Of a stretch of DNA of 64,000 nt, positions 1 to 12,323 are shown in pieces (positions within the stretch are counted from its first letter, which is position 1; every line of letters starts with the position of its first letter). This DNA is from Tubiluchus corallicola. Its lineage: Eukaryota; Animalia; Priapulida. The position numbers and the translations under genes are program-made. The DNA is taken from contig JAQGDQ010000021.1 in NCBI GenBank assembly GCA_030141605.1, forward strand, positions 310,001-374,000. The letters run 5' to 3'. The notes beneath the pieces are model-generated. The model was given only the letters and a program-made list of their open reading frames with translations, did no database searches and had not been told where the DNA came from.

Positions 1-227
1 AGTTTGACCAAATATGACTAACTCCAGAGATATAGTGCAGTGATTACTTTTTATTAAATTATTTTCCATATAATGAAAGGACATAATAACTAAAAGTTAT
101 TTTTACATGATTATCTCATTTAGGTTAACAATCATTCGCATTTGATAATTTCATATCTTATTACACTATATTACCTATTATTATTTAGTCATTTGGTAAT
201 TTCTTTTTTAATGTTTTTCTATCGCAG

Positions 228-356
228 GTCGCATTGGTGATGAGTACATACTGGGTTTCATGAAGAAGAAGCTGCAGTCCACGCCCTGTCAAAATCAAGG
301 ATACATTCTAGATGGCTTCCCAAAATTAACTTCTCAAGCTAGTGGCCTTTTTACTG
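228..356 (+). CDS. AK7: Adenylate kinase 7, internal exon (gene begins upstream of window)
   Basis: Acceptor cgcag| at 227 and donor |gtgcat at 357. Reads (G)[42 protein letters not shown], with the adenylate kinase GYILDGFP motif in AK7-type context (PCQNQG). Phase matches the next exon. Confidence 0.9.
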
Positions 357-1017
357 GTGCATTTTTTCTACATATAGTTTAAAAATGGATATTTTGTAGA
401 CAGACAGACAGACAGACAGACAGAGTACTGTACCAAGTTTCGCTTTCAGCAAAATGATTTGGTCATCATTAAATGTCCCCGTCTATGGTACATGGGTGCA
501 GACTAGTATGTACGGCAGTTAAAATAATAAACTAAGTGATGAATAATAAATGGATGAGCTCCTGACTATATTGAATGTGTATAGATAAAAAGAACAAACT
601 CAAAGTAAAGTGCAACAGGATAATAAAGAAGTTCTGATGATTTTGCATTACAGTTTTCATGGATAAAGTAGCTGTTATTGGTAAATTTGTCTTACTAAAC
701 AAAATGATTAATCGACCAAACATATGAATTAGGGACATTTCTATCAGAAGTAAAAAGAAGAAAAAGGCACTAATAATATACTGTAAACATGGTTTCAATC
801 ATCTATATTCTGCACGGTTGATTCTTTTTCATCCCAGCTGTATTGACAACTGATCTAATGCCATTCATTCTTTGAACTCTTTTTACTTTTTCTTGCTTTT
901 TGTTATAGCAGTTTTTGTGTTGAGCCAATGAGCGAAGCATTTCTTTAAGAATGCAGTATCTATTTCAATGAGTAATTAATTATTTAGCTAAGCAGTGTTT
1001 AATTTATCTTTAATTAG

Positions 1018-1071
1018 CTGATGAAATGGAAGAAGCGGAAGAAGATGCAGTAGCAAAACCCAAGATGCCCG
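1018..1071 (+). CDS. AK7: AK7 short acidic exon
   Basis: attag|CT...CCC G|gtaagc, phase 1-1. Reads (A)DEMEEAEEDAVAKPKMP and joins in frame to EVVICLEAS, as in the AK7 acidic linker. Confidence 0.8.
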
Positions 1072-2443
1072 GTAAGCATGGTTGCAGCATCTTGTCATGA
1101 TTGCTTTTATTGCAAAACTGTGTGATAAATATGCATAAATCCATGGTGTTCTTTGCTATTGAACTAGAATATCATTTCAATATATGGAAGTTAAAATTAT
1201 TTTAGTTATCTTATGTGCAATCTATTTTTCTGGATGTTTAGCTAAGCATCGTATAGATGGCAGCACATACTTATTTCAGACGATAGATTCACAACTACTA
1301 AAATAACGTGCACAAACTAAGTTTACTTCTGATATTTGAGAAATCGCACATAACATAAAAACCATTTTATGAAAGTACATATAATGTATAGTTGTGAATA
1401 AACTTTATTAACTTCAAGCAAGCTATGCGGCACTCCTTAATGAGCCACATTTCCTGAAGCAATGCAGTTTCGTTTTTGATTTTTTTTCTAACACGGGTCT
1501 CTTAGGATTAAAATAAAATAAAAGTTCTACAATTTAAATTCTTTGCCACTAGTAAAGAATTTGACAATCCCCATAATGTACTACATTTTGATATTAACAG
1601 CAACATGGTTAGTTCTTGAACTACATACTGTAACTGTAGTGATGTTCCTGTTTACTGAACTAAGGTAGATAATTAGATTTTAAAAATACTTGTCACCCAT
1701 GCAGCATATTTCATTTACAGGTCCAGAAATTAGCAAACCACCTATTCTCTTGTAATCGCCAACCTAAATGTTTACCAGAGCCAGCATTAGTTAACTTGCA
1801 AATAGATCAAATATATGCGGGCTACATTACAAGATACACTGCTTTATGAATATGAAGCAGTTGTCTACAGATTTACAACGTATTTAGGATTTTCCACAGC
1901 CTATTTTACATCAGGCGGGATTGCATGGACAAAGACCTAAAGCTCGTTACTTTAAGTGCACCATGTATGTGTACAATTCGCTTCTCTTTATTTCTTTTAT
2001 GCTGTGAAAGACACAAGTTGCTGCTTACATCTCTCTAATTGCTGCCAGCAATTCAAACTAAAAAACAACCATGAAGTAAATTCCTGTTTAAAGCAATTAA
2101 TGAAGCCATTTGTGTCAGGCTTGCCCGGGTAATTACATCTGGATTACTACTCAGCATCGCTTCTAATTGTATTTTGCGAGTTTGCCCTGCAGTGACGTCA
2201 TTTTAGTACTCGTGGGTATACCTTTCATCTTTTCTTTCATTAGTTAACCTAATGATAAACAGCTATTTTATGTCTTATGACCAAAGTGCAATCTCCGAAA
2301 GTGCTGAGATGCTGAGATGTTTTTCTTCCATTATTTCCAGCCGTTATTATGTTTTGTAATAAATATTTAAGCTCTTAATTGACTGTTTATTGTTGTATTT
2401 CTGTCTCTTTTATCTCTTTTACCTAACTGTTTTTATTACACAG

Positions 2444-2641
2444 AGGTGGTCATTTGTCTAGAAGCTAGCGATGATTTTCTGAAAGACAGAGTAATGAATT
2501 TACCGGAGGTGGTAGTCAATGGTACTCATAATGAGGAGGCAGGATTTCTTCGTCGACTAGATGCATATAGAAAGACAAACACGGATGATGAAACAGTCCT
2601 CAACTTCTTTGATGAACACGAGATTCATCCTTATCGAATTG
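2444..2641 (+). CDS. AK7: AK7 exon (C-terminal part of kinase domain)
   Basis: acacag|AG...ATT G|gtattg. Reads EVVICLEASDDFLKDRVMNLPEVVVNGTHNEEAGFLRRLDAYRKTNTDDETVLNFFDEHEIHP, strongly AK7-like. Confidence 0.92.
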
Positions 2642-4884
2642 GTATTGTTGGTATTCTTGTTAGTAATTTAACTTGTAAACATTGTCACTGAAACAGTTAG
2701 TCTATCAGCACTGCAAGTAATTGTTGAAGCAAGTGCTTTCTTTGTTTGCGTTTATTATTGTCCTTAGTATAGTCGTGCAGTCATTGAGCAGCTTAATAAA
2801 AACTGAATTTTACGAGTCTAGGAAAAATTGTTTGAAATTAGACAAATTTGAGAAAGGAATTGTCCTTAGCATATAGGAGAAATCTGTGTTTATACTAAGG
2901 TGCTAAATGTTTCTAGGCAGAAGTCAAAAAACTAAATGACATAGACATAATAGAAACTTGAGGCAGTTGACTTTAAAGCTTCATGAGTTTAGTCTGCCAC
3001 TGCAGCTGCAGTCGTCATCATCATTGTTGTTGCTGTGATGTTTCACCATCGCTGCTGCTCCTATGCTATAGTTGTCACTATTGTACTTGTTGTTTGTGCT
3101 GTTGTTGCTGGCAGTGCACTGGTAGCCCTGCTGTTGTTATCAGTGTCAATGTTTATGTTGTTGCTGTCGCTATTGCATTTTGTTTAAAACTTAGAAATTG
3201 TTTGGCTCCAACTGTAAGGAACTTGTGTATGTTGTATATGTTGTATGTTGTGTGAGTTTATCTGACCCAGTGGGAGAATTGAAATTCCCCTAGGAAGATT
3301 TAAATACCTATGAGATGGTATGCTAAACTTTTTCTTAAATTATGCACTAGGCTTTGGCATTCACAGAAACAAGATTTTTTTAATTTGCTTCTTATTTGTT
3401 TTTTCTGTATTTGTCATCATTGTTGATGTTTGTCTTGCCATTGTGGCTATTGATGTCCAACTAAAAAGCTACAAACTGTAATAGTCGTTTTTCTTGCTGC
3501 TTATCTTACTAGAAGAGAACAATAGCAATTTACCTGCTGCTCCCGATTATAAAACAGCTAATCTTTTGTACAGTTGATTTAAATGCAATGTTAAATATAT
3601 AGCGTTATTTATGGTATAAATAACAACGTTACAAGCTTTCTCAACGCTTTATAGCTTTTAACGGCACACAGTAAATTGATTAGATGTGCCTTATGGATAT
3701 ATATATATCGTTGCTTTTAACATCCGATAACCTAATATCTTTTGGGTGTTCTTGTTAATATTATTACACATACACGCGTAAACATATATAGTCTAACATA
3801 CGTTAAAGCCGTAAAGGTCAATTGATTTACGTGGAGCAACGTGTCATAATTATACTGTTTATTTGGTATATTAACATTTTTTCATTTTTTGTGTAGTTGC
3901 CACCTACATGTAGTAGAAGCAAACATCGAAAATAAGAAATGTTAGTTTAATTGTTTACTTGGTTACATTCAAAGAAAATTACTTTTCACAAAATTTAATT
4001 GATTATATTAATCATTTATGTGCAAATCTTTCTACTAAAATTGATAAACTGCAACTGAAGAAAATGAATAAGTGGTATATGTAAGTTTTGAACGTTCAGT
4101 TTTTTATATTAATTAAACGAAAGCAATAAAATGTTGTTTTTTAATTCAAAAATTCACATTTTTAAAAGTTTTAATTAATTGTTAAGTAGTTGTCAAAACT
4201 AAAAAACACCTGATTTAGTGATTTAATTGTATTATAAAAAGTATAAGTGATTTTGATTGAGGAACATTTTGATGCCATCAAAATGCAAGAATTTAAATGA
4301 TTTTGTGATTCTAATTTTGTGTCATTATAACTCCTTATACGCCTTAGGATGAAGTACAACTGTCACATGATATTTGATTTATAAATTAAAATTACCAATA
4401 ATTTTTTCTGAGAATAAGCATTATTATTCCAAAAGATTTACTTTAAAAAACTATTTAATTCTTTTTGACCATAGTACACTTCTCTGCAATTTTATTAAAG
4501 ATAAATTAAATGCCAAATAAAAAAATTTAAATTTGCTAATTTATTAATTAATTTAATTAATTTTTTCTTGTAATGGATTATTACATTCATCAGAGATCTA
4601 CGTCTTTTGAAGCTTAAACTGTTACAACCTTCTTGAGAAAAATATGAAAAAATTATGCACATAATAACAAAAGATAAATAAACAATCACCAGAAAACTAT
4701 TTTTACCAAGTATGAAAGCTAACATAGAAACTTGCTCCTAATCTTTTCATTGAGTCTGGTATTTCATCAATCCATGATACTAGTTCTCTTTTCATTGTTC
4801 TAATAGCTCCCCTGTGTCTCAATTAATTGTCTCCAGATTTACTCCTGGTTTTTGTGATAATCTTAGTTAATCTGTCTTACACAG

Positions 4885-4966
4885 ATGCTCTTCACTGATT
4901 GAGCAAGAACAAAACAAAACCTGTCCTCATTATGTAACTCTAAACTAGTTGAGAGGCTTTCATTAG
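4885..4966 (+). other. Probable 5' UTR exon of the nested POMK-like gene
   Basis: Acceptor tcttacacag| and a strong donor TAG|gtaagt at 4967. The next acceptor (ttttgacacag| at 5238) lies 8 nt upstream of the kinase ATG. Confidence 0.5.
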
Positions 4967-5246
4967 GTAAGTAGGTATGTGTAGTGTAGTCCATGCCTTG
5001 CAGTGGAACATCAGACAAACACTTGCTACAGTGTTATATAACATCTTATGCTTGATTGGCATCATTTTAGTGGAAAGTTTGAGCATTACAATTTTTGTAT
5101 TCAACACAGCATTAAAAATGTGTAGCTGTTACACAGAGAGTATATCTACTTTGGACTGTATCAAATAACTGTAGTGGAATGTAAGCTTTTGTCAGTGCTG
5201 GTGGTACTGTTTGATAACAATTTTTTGTTTTGACACAGTATAAAGG

Positions 5247-6395
5247 ATGTTGACTTGGTCAGCCTCTTTGAGTCCTTTACTTCACTCTGGACGACGATTT
5301 GCTCCGTTTGGTTTACTAATCTCTGGAGCATGTTACGTGCTTTTCGCATTTTTATTCACCCATAGTCGAACAAATAACACTCATGTCAGTATTGTATTTC
5401 CTGTGGTTAACGTAAGAAGACCTCATATTATTTACAATGAAACAGGGAATGCTGAGACTGTATGTGATGATAGATACGTGGACGATGGGAAGAGCCTGTT
5501 TGATAGGTGTCAGCCCGTGTGCAAACCGGGACATTTTTTCTTACCTGGAATGCTCTCCTGCCATCCTTGGCTCTTGTGCGATGATATCAAGAAGATGCGA
5601 TTCGTGTCATTTCTCAAGAAAGGTGGCATGAAAAATATCTTACTCAGGAAGTGGAACAACTATACGGTGGTATCGATGAAAGTTAGGGATCTCTTTCAAC
5701 GGAGGTACAGTCAGTACTTGAGTCGTTACAAGATGTTTTCGTCTAATCCTTTATTTGCTCAGCTGGTTGGTTACTGTTCTAGAACTCGAGAAATGATTGT
5801 GCAGTACTACAAGTACCAGAACTCGTGGTTGTTGGAGGATGCTCTTCACTCAACTCAAGTCAGTGAAAGCAATGTCAGTACACGAGTTCGCTTCGAACTA
5901 TGCATTGACTACGTGCGAATTATTGCCTTTCTTCATTCTAAGAGCAGGTTTCTTTGTGATGCTAACACACTGTACAAACTTGCTTCTCAGTACCTTATAA
6001 CTGACAACCTCCACTTGATTCTTGCTGACGTAGATCATCTCATTAATGCAGGAACTGATTGCCCGTCCTGGTTTAGTAAAGATCTTACATTTGAACCACC
6101 CGAAACTGCGTCGACAGTGAAGCTGGCTAAATACTTTACCAATTGGATGGGAGACTATAAAGAACGTGTGAAACAGCTTCAGTTCAAGTCTGACGTGTGG
6201 AAAGTTCCTGATGTCTGTAGTTTATACCTGGGAGTAGATCCAGACAGCAAGAAACTAATTATTAAAGAGTCGAAGGTTGCTCTGGACTTACTAAAGCCTA
6301 TTCATGATAGGTGTAAGGATTGGTCTCCTGATGACAGACCTTCAGCTGAGGAAATTGTGCAATATTATGAACAGATTCAGGGGCAGTTGTTTTAA
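5247..6395 (+). CDS. Protein O-mannose kinase (POMK/SGK196)-like type II membrane secretory kinase, intronless, nested in an AK7 intron
   Basis: 382-aa ORF with an N-terminal TM segment (FGLLISGACYVLFAFLF). It carries the POMK cysteine module CKPGHF...CHPWLLCD, the catalytic segment LCDANTLYKLASQYLIT, DVD in place of DFG, KSDVWKVPD, and the C-terminal HDRCK...DRPSAEEI. Confidence 0.85.
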   Translation: MLTWSASLSPLLHSGRRFAPFGLLISGACYVLFAFLFTHSRTNNTHVSIVFPVVNVRRPHIIYNETGNAETVCDDRYVDDGKSLFDRCQPVCKPGHFFLPGMLSCHPWLLCDDIKKMRFVSFLKKGGMKNILLRKWNNYTVVSMKVRDLFQRRYSQYLSRYKMFSSNPLFAQLVGYCSRTREMIVQYYKYQNSWLLEDALHSTQVSESNVSTRVRFELCIDYVRIIAFLHSKSRFLCDANTLYKLASQYLITDNLHLILADVDHLINAGTDCPSWFSKDLTFEPPETASTVKLAKYFTNWMGDYKERVKQLQFKSDVWKVPDVCSLYLGVDPDSKKLIIKESKVALDLLKPIHDRCKDWSPDDRPSAEEIVQYYEQIQGQLF

Positions 6396-8471
6396 CTGTG
6401 TTTTATTTCTTTACTAGTGTAATTGGCAGAATTTGTAGAATTTACTTTCATTGACTCTTATCACATGGTCTTATAGAGTTTAGTAAAATGATTTTACAGT
6501 TTCGCTTTTATTTTGTTTTGTGCTTTTATTGATGCTAAAATAAGAAAATCATTGTTCATGTATGTTGTTCTTGGGTTTGTCTTTAAAAAAGTGAATTGAG
6601 GTTGTAAGGTACAATATACTGATCTGTGACCACTGAACACAGTACTCTAAAATGTCTTAGATTTTAAATAGAAAAACACAGTGGCATGTAGATCTAGAGC
6701 ACTTTAAATAAACTCTTTTAATAAGAAGCCTATCATTCTGTGCCTTTGCTTTGTGAAACGATGACATTAGAATGCTAAATAATTAATGAATAGTGTGAAT
6801 ATGTTGTACAATTTAATTGGCTGAATTATTAATAAATTGTATTTTTTAACTGCATTAGCAATTTCAACATATTGGTAAGTAATGTTTTTAGTGCCAGTTA
6901 TTGCTGTGTATGTAGTTCAGTGTTAGTACTAAATTAAACAATGCTACTCAGATAATTAGCTGTTTGCAATAGAAAATCTGCCAAACTATTCGATAATAGT
7001 TATCTCTATTTGGATGTCTGCCTTTTTTAGGAAAACCAGTAAAATCTCAAATTACTTATTTACAAATTGCTGTGTACTATAGCAATGCCAACAGAACAGA
7101 GTGAATTGACATTTATTGCAAAAGAAACTTAACAATAACAAACTTTCAACAAATTTTTAGGATGACGGAATGCCAGAGAGATGGCATTTTTGACTTCGTA
7201 ATAACGTTACTGTCTGTGTAATTAGAGATTTAATCAGGTTACTGCTAATTATTTTCAAAGCTTTTCTTGTTGGTTTTGCCAAGTTTCATAGCTGTGAGTG
7301 CCATTTGTTTTTACTACCGTATAAAAAGAAAGGTCGGCTTCTCTTCAATGCCAGTTGGCCAACAAACTTTTCGTCAAAAGAATATATAAAATCAGACATA
7401 CTTAAAAAGCCTGTCATCTAACTGTGTGTGACTTTGTTTTCTTTGCATCTATCTGCGATCATTGCTTCAGTGTAACTTGCACAGACTAATAGAGAGCTTT
7501 AACTGTAGAACTGATGCATTTGGCAAAAGTATATCTTCAAGAGAGCATTTCTGATAAAGAAAATTTCATCACAGGAAAGCTAGTAAATTAGGTTGTGCTC
7601 AAAAAAAGAATAAGGTATAAAACGAATGAATGCATGAGTTAACAAAGTGCTACATGTTGTTTGTTTGTCTTGTTTACCGTCTTCCTGCGAATACAGCTGT
7701 TAAATCTATAACTCTCATTGCTAAGTAGTTTCAGAGTCATGCAGCAACTTTACGTAAAACAGAATAGTTTTTCAAAACAAGTTTTAAATTCAGCAATCAT
7801 AAAACGTTCTGAGATTTTAACCATGGACGCCCTTTTAGTTACTTCATTGCATTCTGTATGTAAATATGTAAATATATGTAAATCCCTCGAGAATCAAACC
7901 TTTGGTTTCTACAATTTTTCTGCTTTCCTTTTATAAGATTTTGTTAGTACCTATGCTAATATATAACTTGGTCGAAACAGCTTTAACATTTGTTTAATAT
8001 GTAGGATTAACACTGTCAAATAAAGCGCCAGGAATAATTTATTCATATATTATAAAAGACCCATTTTTTTACTGGCAGTTTGACATTGTTTCTGCAACAC
8101 CATGATGATTCTTTAGAGAAAAAGGTAATAGTGAGGGAATGAAATTTTCAAACTGCACTGCACTACATTGTAGCAAAACTTAATGTGCGACTTGAAATTG
8201 TATTTTAGTGCACAGTCCTGATGATTTAGGAAGTTATAGAAGTGAGAGAGCTTGATAACCTGAAGAAAATATTAGAACAGATTTCTTTTATATTTGAATA
8301 TACGTGTGCAGACTGCTTGGTGTTGTAACATTTTAATGCAAGAGAAAGTCTAGAAGCATGAGTTACACAAGGGAGAACACAATTACCTGCTGGTAAACTG
8401 TACTACATAGATTTGGAGGTGCAGAAGTAATGCATGTTTTCTGTTTCAGACATGTCATTTGCTTGTTTCAG

Positions 8472-8552
8472 ACATAACAGAAGACTTCAGTCCACTTATG
8501 GCAAAAACCATGGAAAAAATTAAAAGCATGATTGGTGCTCCAAGGAATTATG
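8472..8552 (+). CDS. AK7: AK7 exon
   Basis: tgtttcag|AC...TAT G|gtaagt. Reads DITEDFSPLMAKTMEKIKSMIGAPRNY(G), containing the conserved AK7 IGxPRNYG motif. Confidence 0.88.
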
Positions 8553-9687
8553 GTAAGTGATATATTATCCTCTTTTTGTATGGTTGACATTTAAACATAA
8601 TTTTAAGTATTGAATAAAAACCAGCATCGTGAGATTTTATTAATGTACTTTGCAAATTCCCTATTCGCGCATCCAAATTAGAACATTATAATTATTGACA
8701 TGCCATAATAGTGATGTCTGATAAACACATTTTAGCATTAAATTTGCAGTGTTACCAGTAATTTCCCATTCGGCAGTGTCTGATTGAACAAATTACGGGA
8801 ATTGCGGGAACAAGTTAAGATACAGCTTCTTGAGCTTGCTAGTTATATATCTCTTAGATCAGCAAAATTATCGTCTTAATGTTTTTGTTTCATTTACATG
8901 TGGTTTTATTGCATACAGAGTTAGCAGTAATGCTATCAAAATGATAAAACTTGTAAATTAAACCCCCACGATGACCATTAGGCGCAGTCGTTTTATTGGT
9001 AAGTCATTTGAAATTCAAGTTTAAATATCATAAAGTTTGAAAAAATAATCTGAGTATTCGTTAAGCACGCTGCATTAATAAGCAAAAGTATGAATTTATA
9101 TTGTCAATAAAATCAATAAGGTGTTTTTTTGGTGCATCAGCGGTGCACACTGGATGGCGATGCAGTGCCATTTTACCAGGTGGTGTGAATATTTTAAAAT
9201 ATTAAGAATTTTCTTTTCCAATGACATAAGTCTTTCAAACAAGTAAGCGTAATGCTATTTAATAACTTTTTATGGAAAGTTTTTTGGCACATGCTTTAAA
9301 ATTTTCCTTTCTTCTCCTTATAAACAATAACCCAGTACTTTAATTCAAAGTGCCAGTTGGCTTGTTTGGAGTGGATATTTACAAACAAAAGAAATGGCCA
9401 GTTTATTATGCTGCTAGAATAAATAACAGAGGTACAGTAAAGCAGATTTATCATTGAAATTGGAAACTGTTCCTCCAGTGATTTTCTTTGAAGGGCATAG
9501 CATCTGATGTCTAAATCCGCCATGACTGTTTCTGTTTCTATGATTGAATTTCGTGTAGAGTTAATTTATGATTTTAATGTACTATTGCTTTTGTAAAAAA
9601 TCAATGAATACGTACATAAAGTGCCCATAGCCCTACAGAACTGACTAATGAATAGCAATAATATGGATTTCTGCTTACACTTTGCAG

Positions 9688-9827
9688 GTAAAACACCTGA
9701 AGAAAAAGAAGAAGAACTTCGAATAGAGATGGAAGAAAAGGCTAGAAAAGAGGAGGAAGAAAGAATAGAGAAGGAGCGATTAGAAGCAGAGGCAAAAGCA
9801 GAGCAGTTGGCAAGGGAGACAGAGTGG
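9688..9827 (+). CDS. AK7: AK7 exon, E/R/K-rich coiled coil
   Basis: tttgcag|GT...TGG|gtatga. Reads (G)KTPEEKEEELRIEMEEKARKEEEERIEKERLEAEAKAEQLARETEW. Confidence 0.88.
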
Positions 9828-11670
9828 GTATGACTCATTCTTTTTTTGATTTTATTTATTTCCAAAAATGGTTAAATGTAAGACAGGTTTTAAAGGGAGA
9901 TCAGTTTTCGAACTTTTATGAACTGAGTTTTGAAATATTTACTGTAATGAACCCTGTCACTAGGCTTACTGATATAATCATACATTGCCATCACAAGTTA
10001 AATGTTGCCATTTTTACTTTTTTTGTTAGAATCGATAGCAAATGCTAATGAATACAGTATGTTTTCAAATTATTTAAAATGTACGCATCATTTTGTTCAT
10101 TAAATTTCATTTCAGTTGCATTTTAATTAGTTTCTTCAAACATCGAGTAAGTATACCAATACTTAGCCATTCTGGTGCAGTGCATGGTAGCTGCTTACAA
10201 ATTTTTATTGTGTCCGGCAATTTTTGGTGACGAATATTATTTTCTTTTTTCTGCTTCTTTATACATGAGTTATTTCCGGTTTTTGAAAAACTGGCATGCA
10301 ATCAAGCTGTCATCAGATATATAGTTCTGTTAACTGCTGTTAATTTGATTTTTTTTAATCAGTGTCCATCCTTTGCAATGAGAATTTTTTTAACATAATC
10401 TTATCATGAGTTAGCTTCATTTCTTGTGCAGTAAAGGACAATGTCCAGATTGGAATCTGTGTCAGTCTAATTCCTATTAGAATCTGTGTCAGCATCATTG
10501 TGTTCAAGATGCTAGTCCTAAGTTACCTTTAACTTGATATTTTATTAGCAGCCAGAAGTAGTTAAGTCATTATGAACGATCAGTAGCAATACTAGTTGTC
10601 TTCACACTTAACTGTTCATTGTGTTGTCACGTTAATAGTGGAAATATTCAATGTATACAATAAGATTGTTTTTGGAAAAACTGCTCAATAACATCTGCTC
10701 ATTGACATTGAATTGAATTTAAATGCAATTCATTGTTATTGACTTTCCAAAAGCAATCTTACAGCATAGATTGCATTACATTTTGCACCCCAGTATTATT
10801 CACCGTTTCTGTTCTCAGGCTTTTAGAATTTTTAGTAATTATATTTTATATTATTGGCAAATTCAGGCATATTTATATTCTGTATGTCATAGATCACTTT
10901 GTGTGAACTGTAATGTGCATATTGTATACTTAACCATTTCATATTAGTGTGTATCATTCTGTAACATTGTAAAGCTTTATTGCCTTTATTTTTGCAACGT
11001 TGTTTTTGTAACTGTATTTTAATTTTTAATTTTAGAAGCCTATAATCTGATGATATCCACTGCCAGCATTGAAACATTTGGAAAATGATTTTTTAATAAT
11101 ATTTTAGTCTTTGGTGTAACATAACATAAAATTCAGACTAGTTCTAATAACTTAATTTTAGTTGGTCTAAGTGAGTTAAATGCTTCCGTTTTCTTGAACC
11201 CAGTCTGTCAATATGAAGCCATGGCTTTGTTAGACTAATTGCCTTTATGCCTTAATGTGAGTTTAATTGTTCATTCAGCTCCTACATGAATTGTTTTGAG
11301 ATTTCTTTTAATGACTGGTCATTTAGGACTGCGTTGACACATTTATTCACTACATATTTTTTTACTGCAAAATGCAGTTTGTATAATACTATAGTCATTT
11401 TAGCATCTTCTGTGAAGTTTTTTTAAACCTTATCAGTCTCCTCGTTTGCTGTTACATGATATGATCAGTTTACTATAATTTTACTTCTAAGAATGTCAGT
11501 CAATGTGGAACGGGCTTGATGTCATGCTTGGCCGATTTTCAGAGTACTTGGGATGAAACAGAGACCGGAGCTGCAATATTATGTGTTTAATTAATAATTA
11601 ACAAGTAGTTTTTTCTTGTAAAACATATTCAATGTACAAAAGCTTAATTATTCTGTCTGATTTTCTGCAG

Positions 11671-11829
11671 GCAGCCAGGCTATCTCGAGTCCGCTACGAG
11701 GAGCAACAGTTACTGGAGACTCAGTCTTTGCCAGTTCGTAATTACCTCATGAACAACATCATGCCAACATTGACCAAAGGTTTGCTAGAATGTGTCAAAG
11801 TTCGTCCTGATGATCCAATTGATTATTTA
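11671..11829 (+). CDS. AK7: AK7 exon, Dpy-30 motif
   Basis: ttctgcag|GCA...TTA|gtaagt. Reads ...[40 protein letters not shown], the AK7 C-terminal Dpy-30 domain. Confidence 0.92.
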
Positions 11830-12281
11830 GTAAGTCAGTATTGCTTAAGCGAACAGAAAAGAACTCACTGCGCTTTATTTCAGAGCAAGATTTGTTGGGT
11901 TATGAGGCTTTTTATCTAGAATCAAGTTTAGTCACTACTGAATAATTATTTTAAGATCATTTAATCAGAGTCATTTTGCACTTTTAACTGTAGTTACACT
12001 TATTCAATTTTTGCCATTCTGTTCATTCCATTCTTGTATTATTAACGTCTTGTCAATTGAATCAACATAATAAACATATGATACCTAAGTTACATGTATT
12101 GTTAATAAGTAATCTGTTCAGTATTTTATTCAAATGCCTTTATATTCTTGATAGTTTAAATTTTTCATTGTTTACACCTTTCTTTTTGCTGCTGCATTAA
12201 TTTGATATTCTTATCAAAGTCTTCTTCTTTTGTTGTATTTATCCGTGTTTAACTCGAAAATTTTGTTGTCTTTCATTTTAG

Positions 12282-12323
12282 GCAGAGTATTTGTTTAAAA
12301 ATAATCCTGCCTCATTTTGGTAA
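12282..12323 (+). CDS. AK7: AK7 last coding exon (AEYLFKNNPASFW*)
   Basis: ttttag|GCA GAG TAT TTG TTT AAA AAT AAT CCT matches the AK7 end AEYLFKNNP. The TAA stop at 12321-12323 overlaps a gtaagt donor (see findings). Confidence 0.85.
   Translation, partial: AEYLFKNNPASFW

Noticed and set aside
2983-3255. Cys-rich 90-aa ORF resembling a metallothionein
   Set aside because: It arises from degenerate (TGT/TGC/GTT)n repeats in an AK7 intron. There is no family spacing or splice support.
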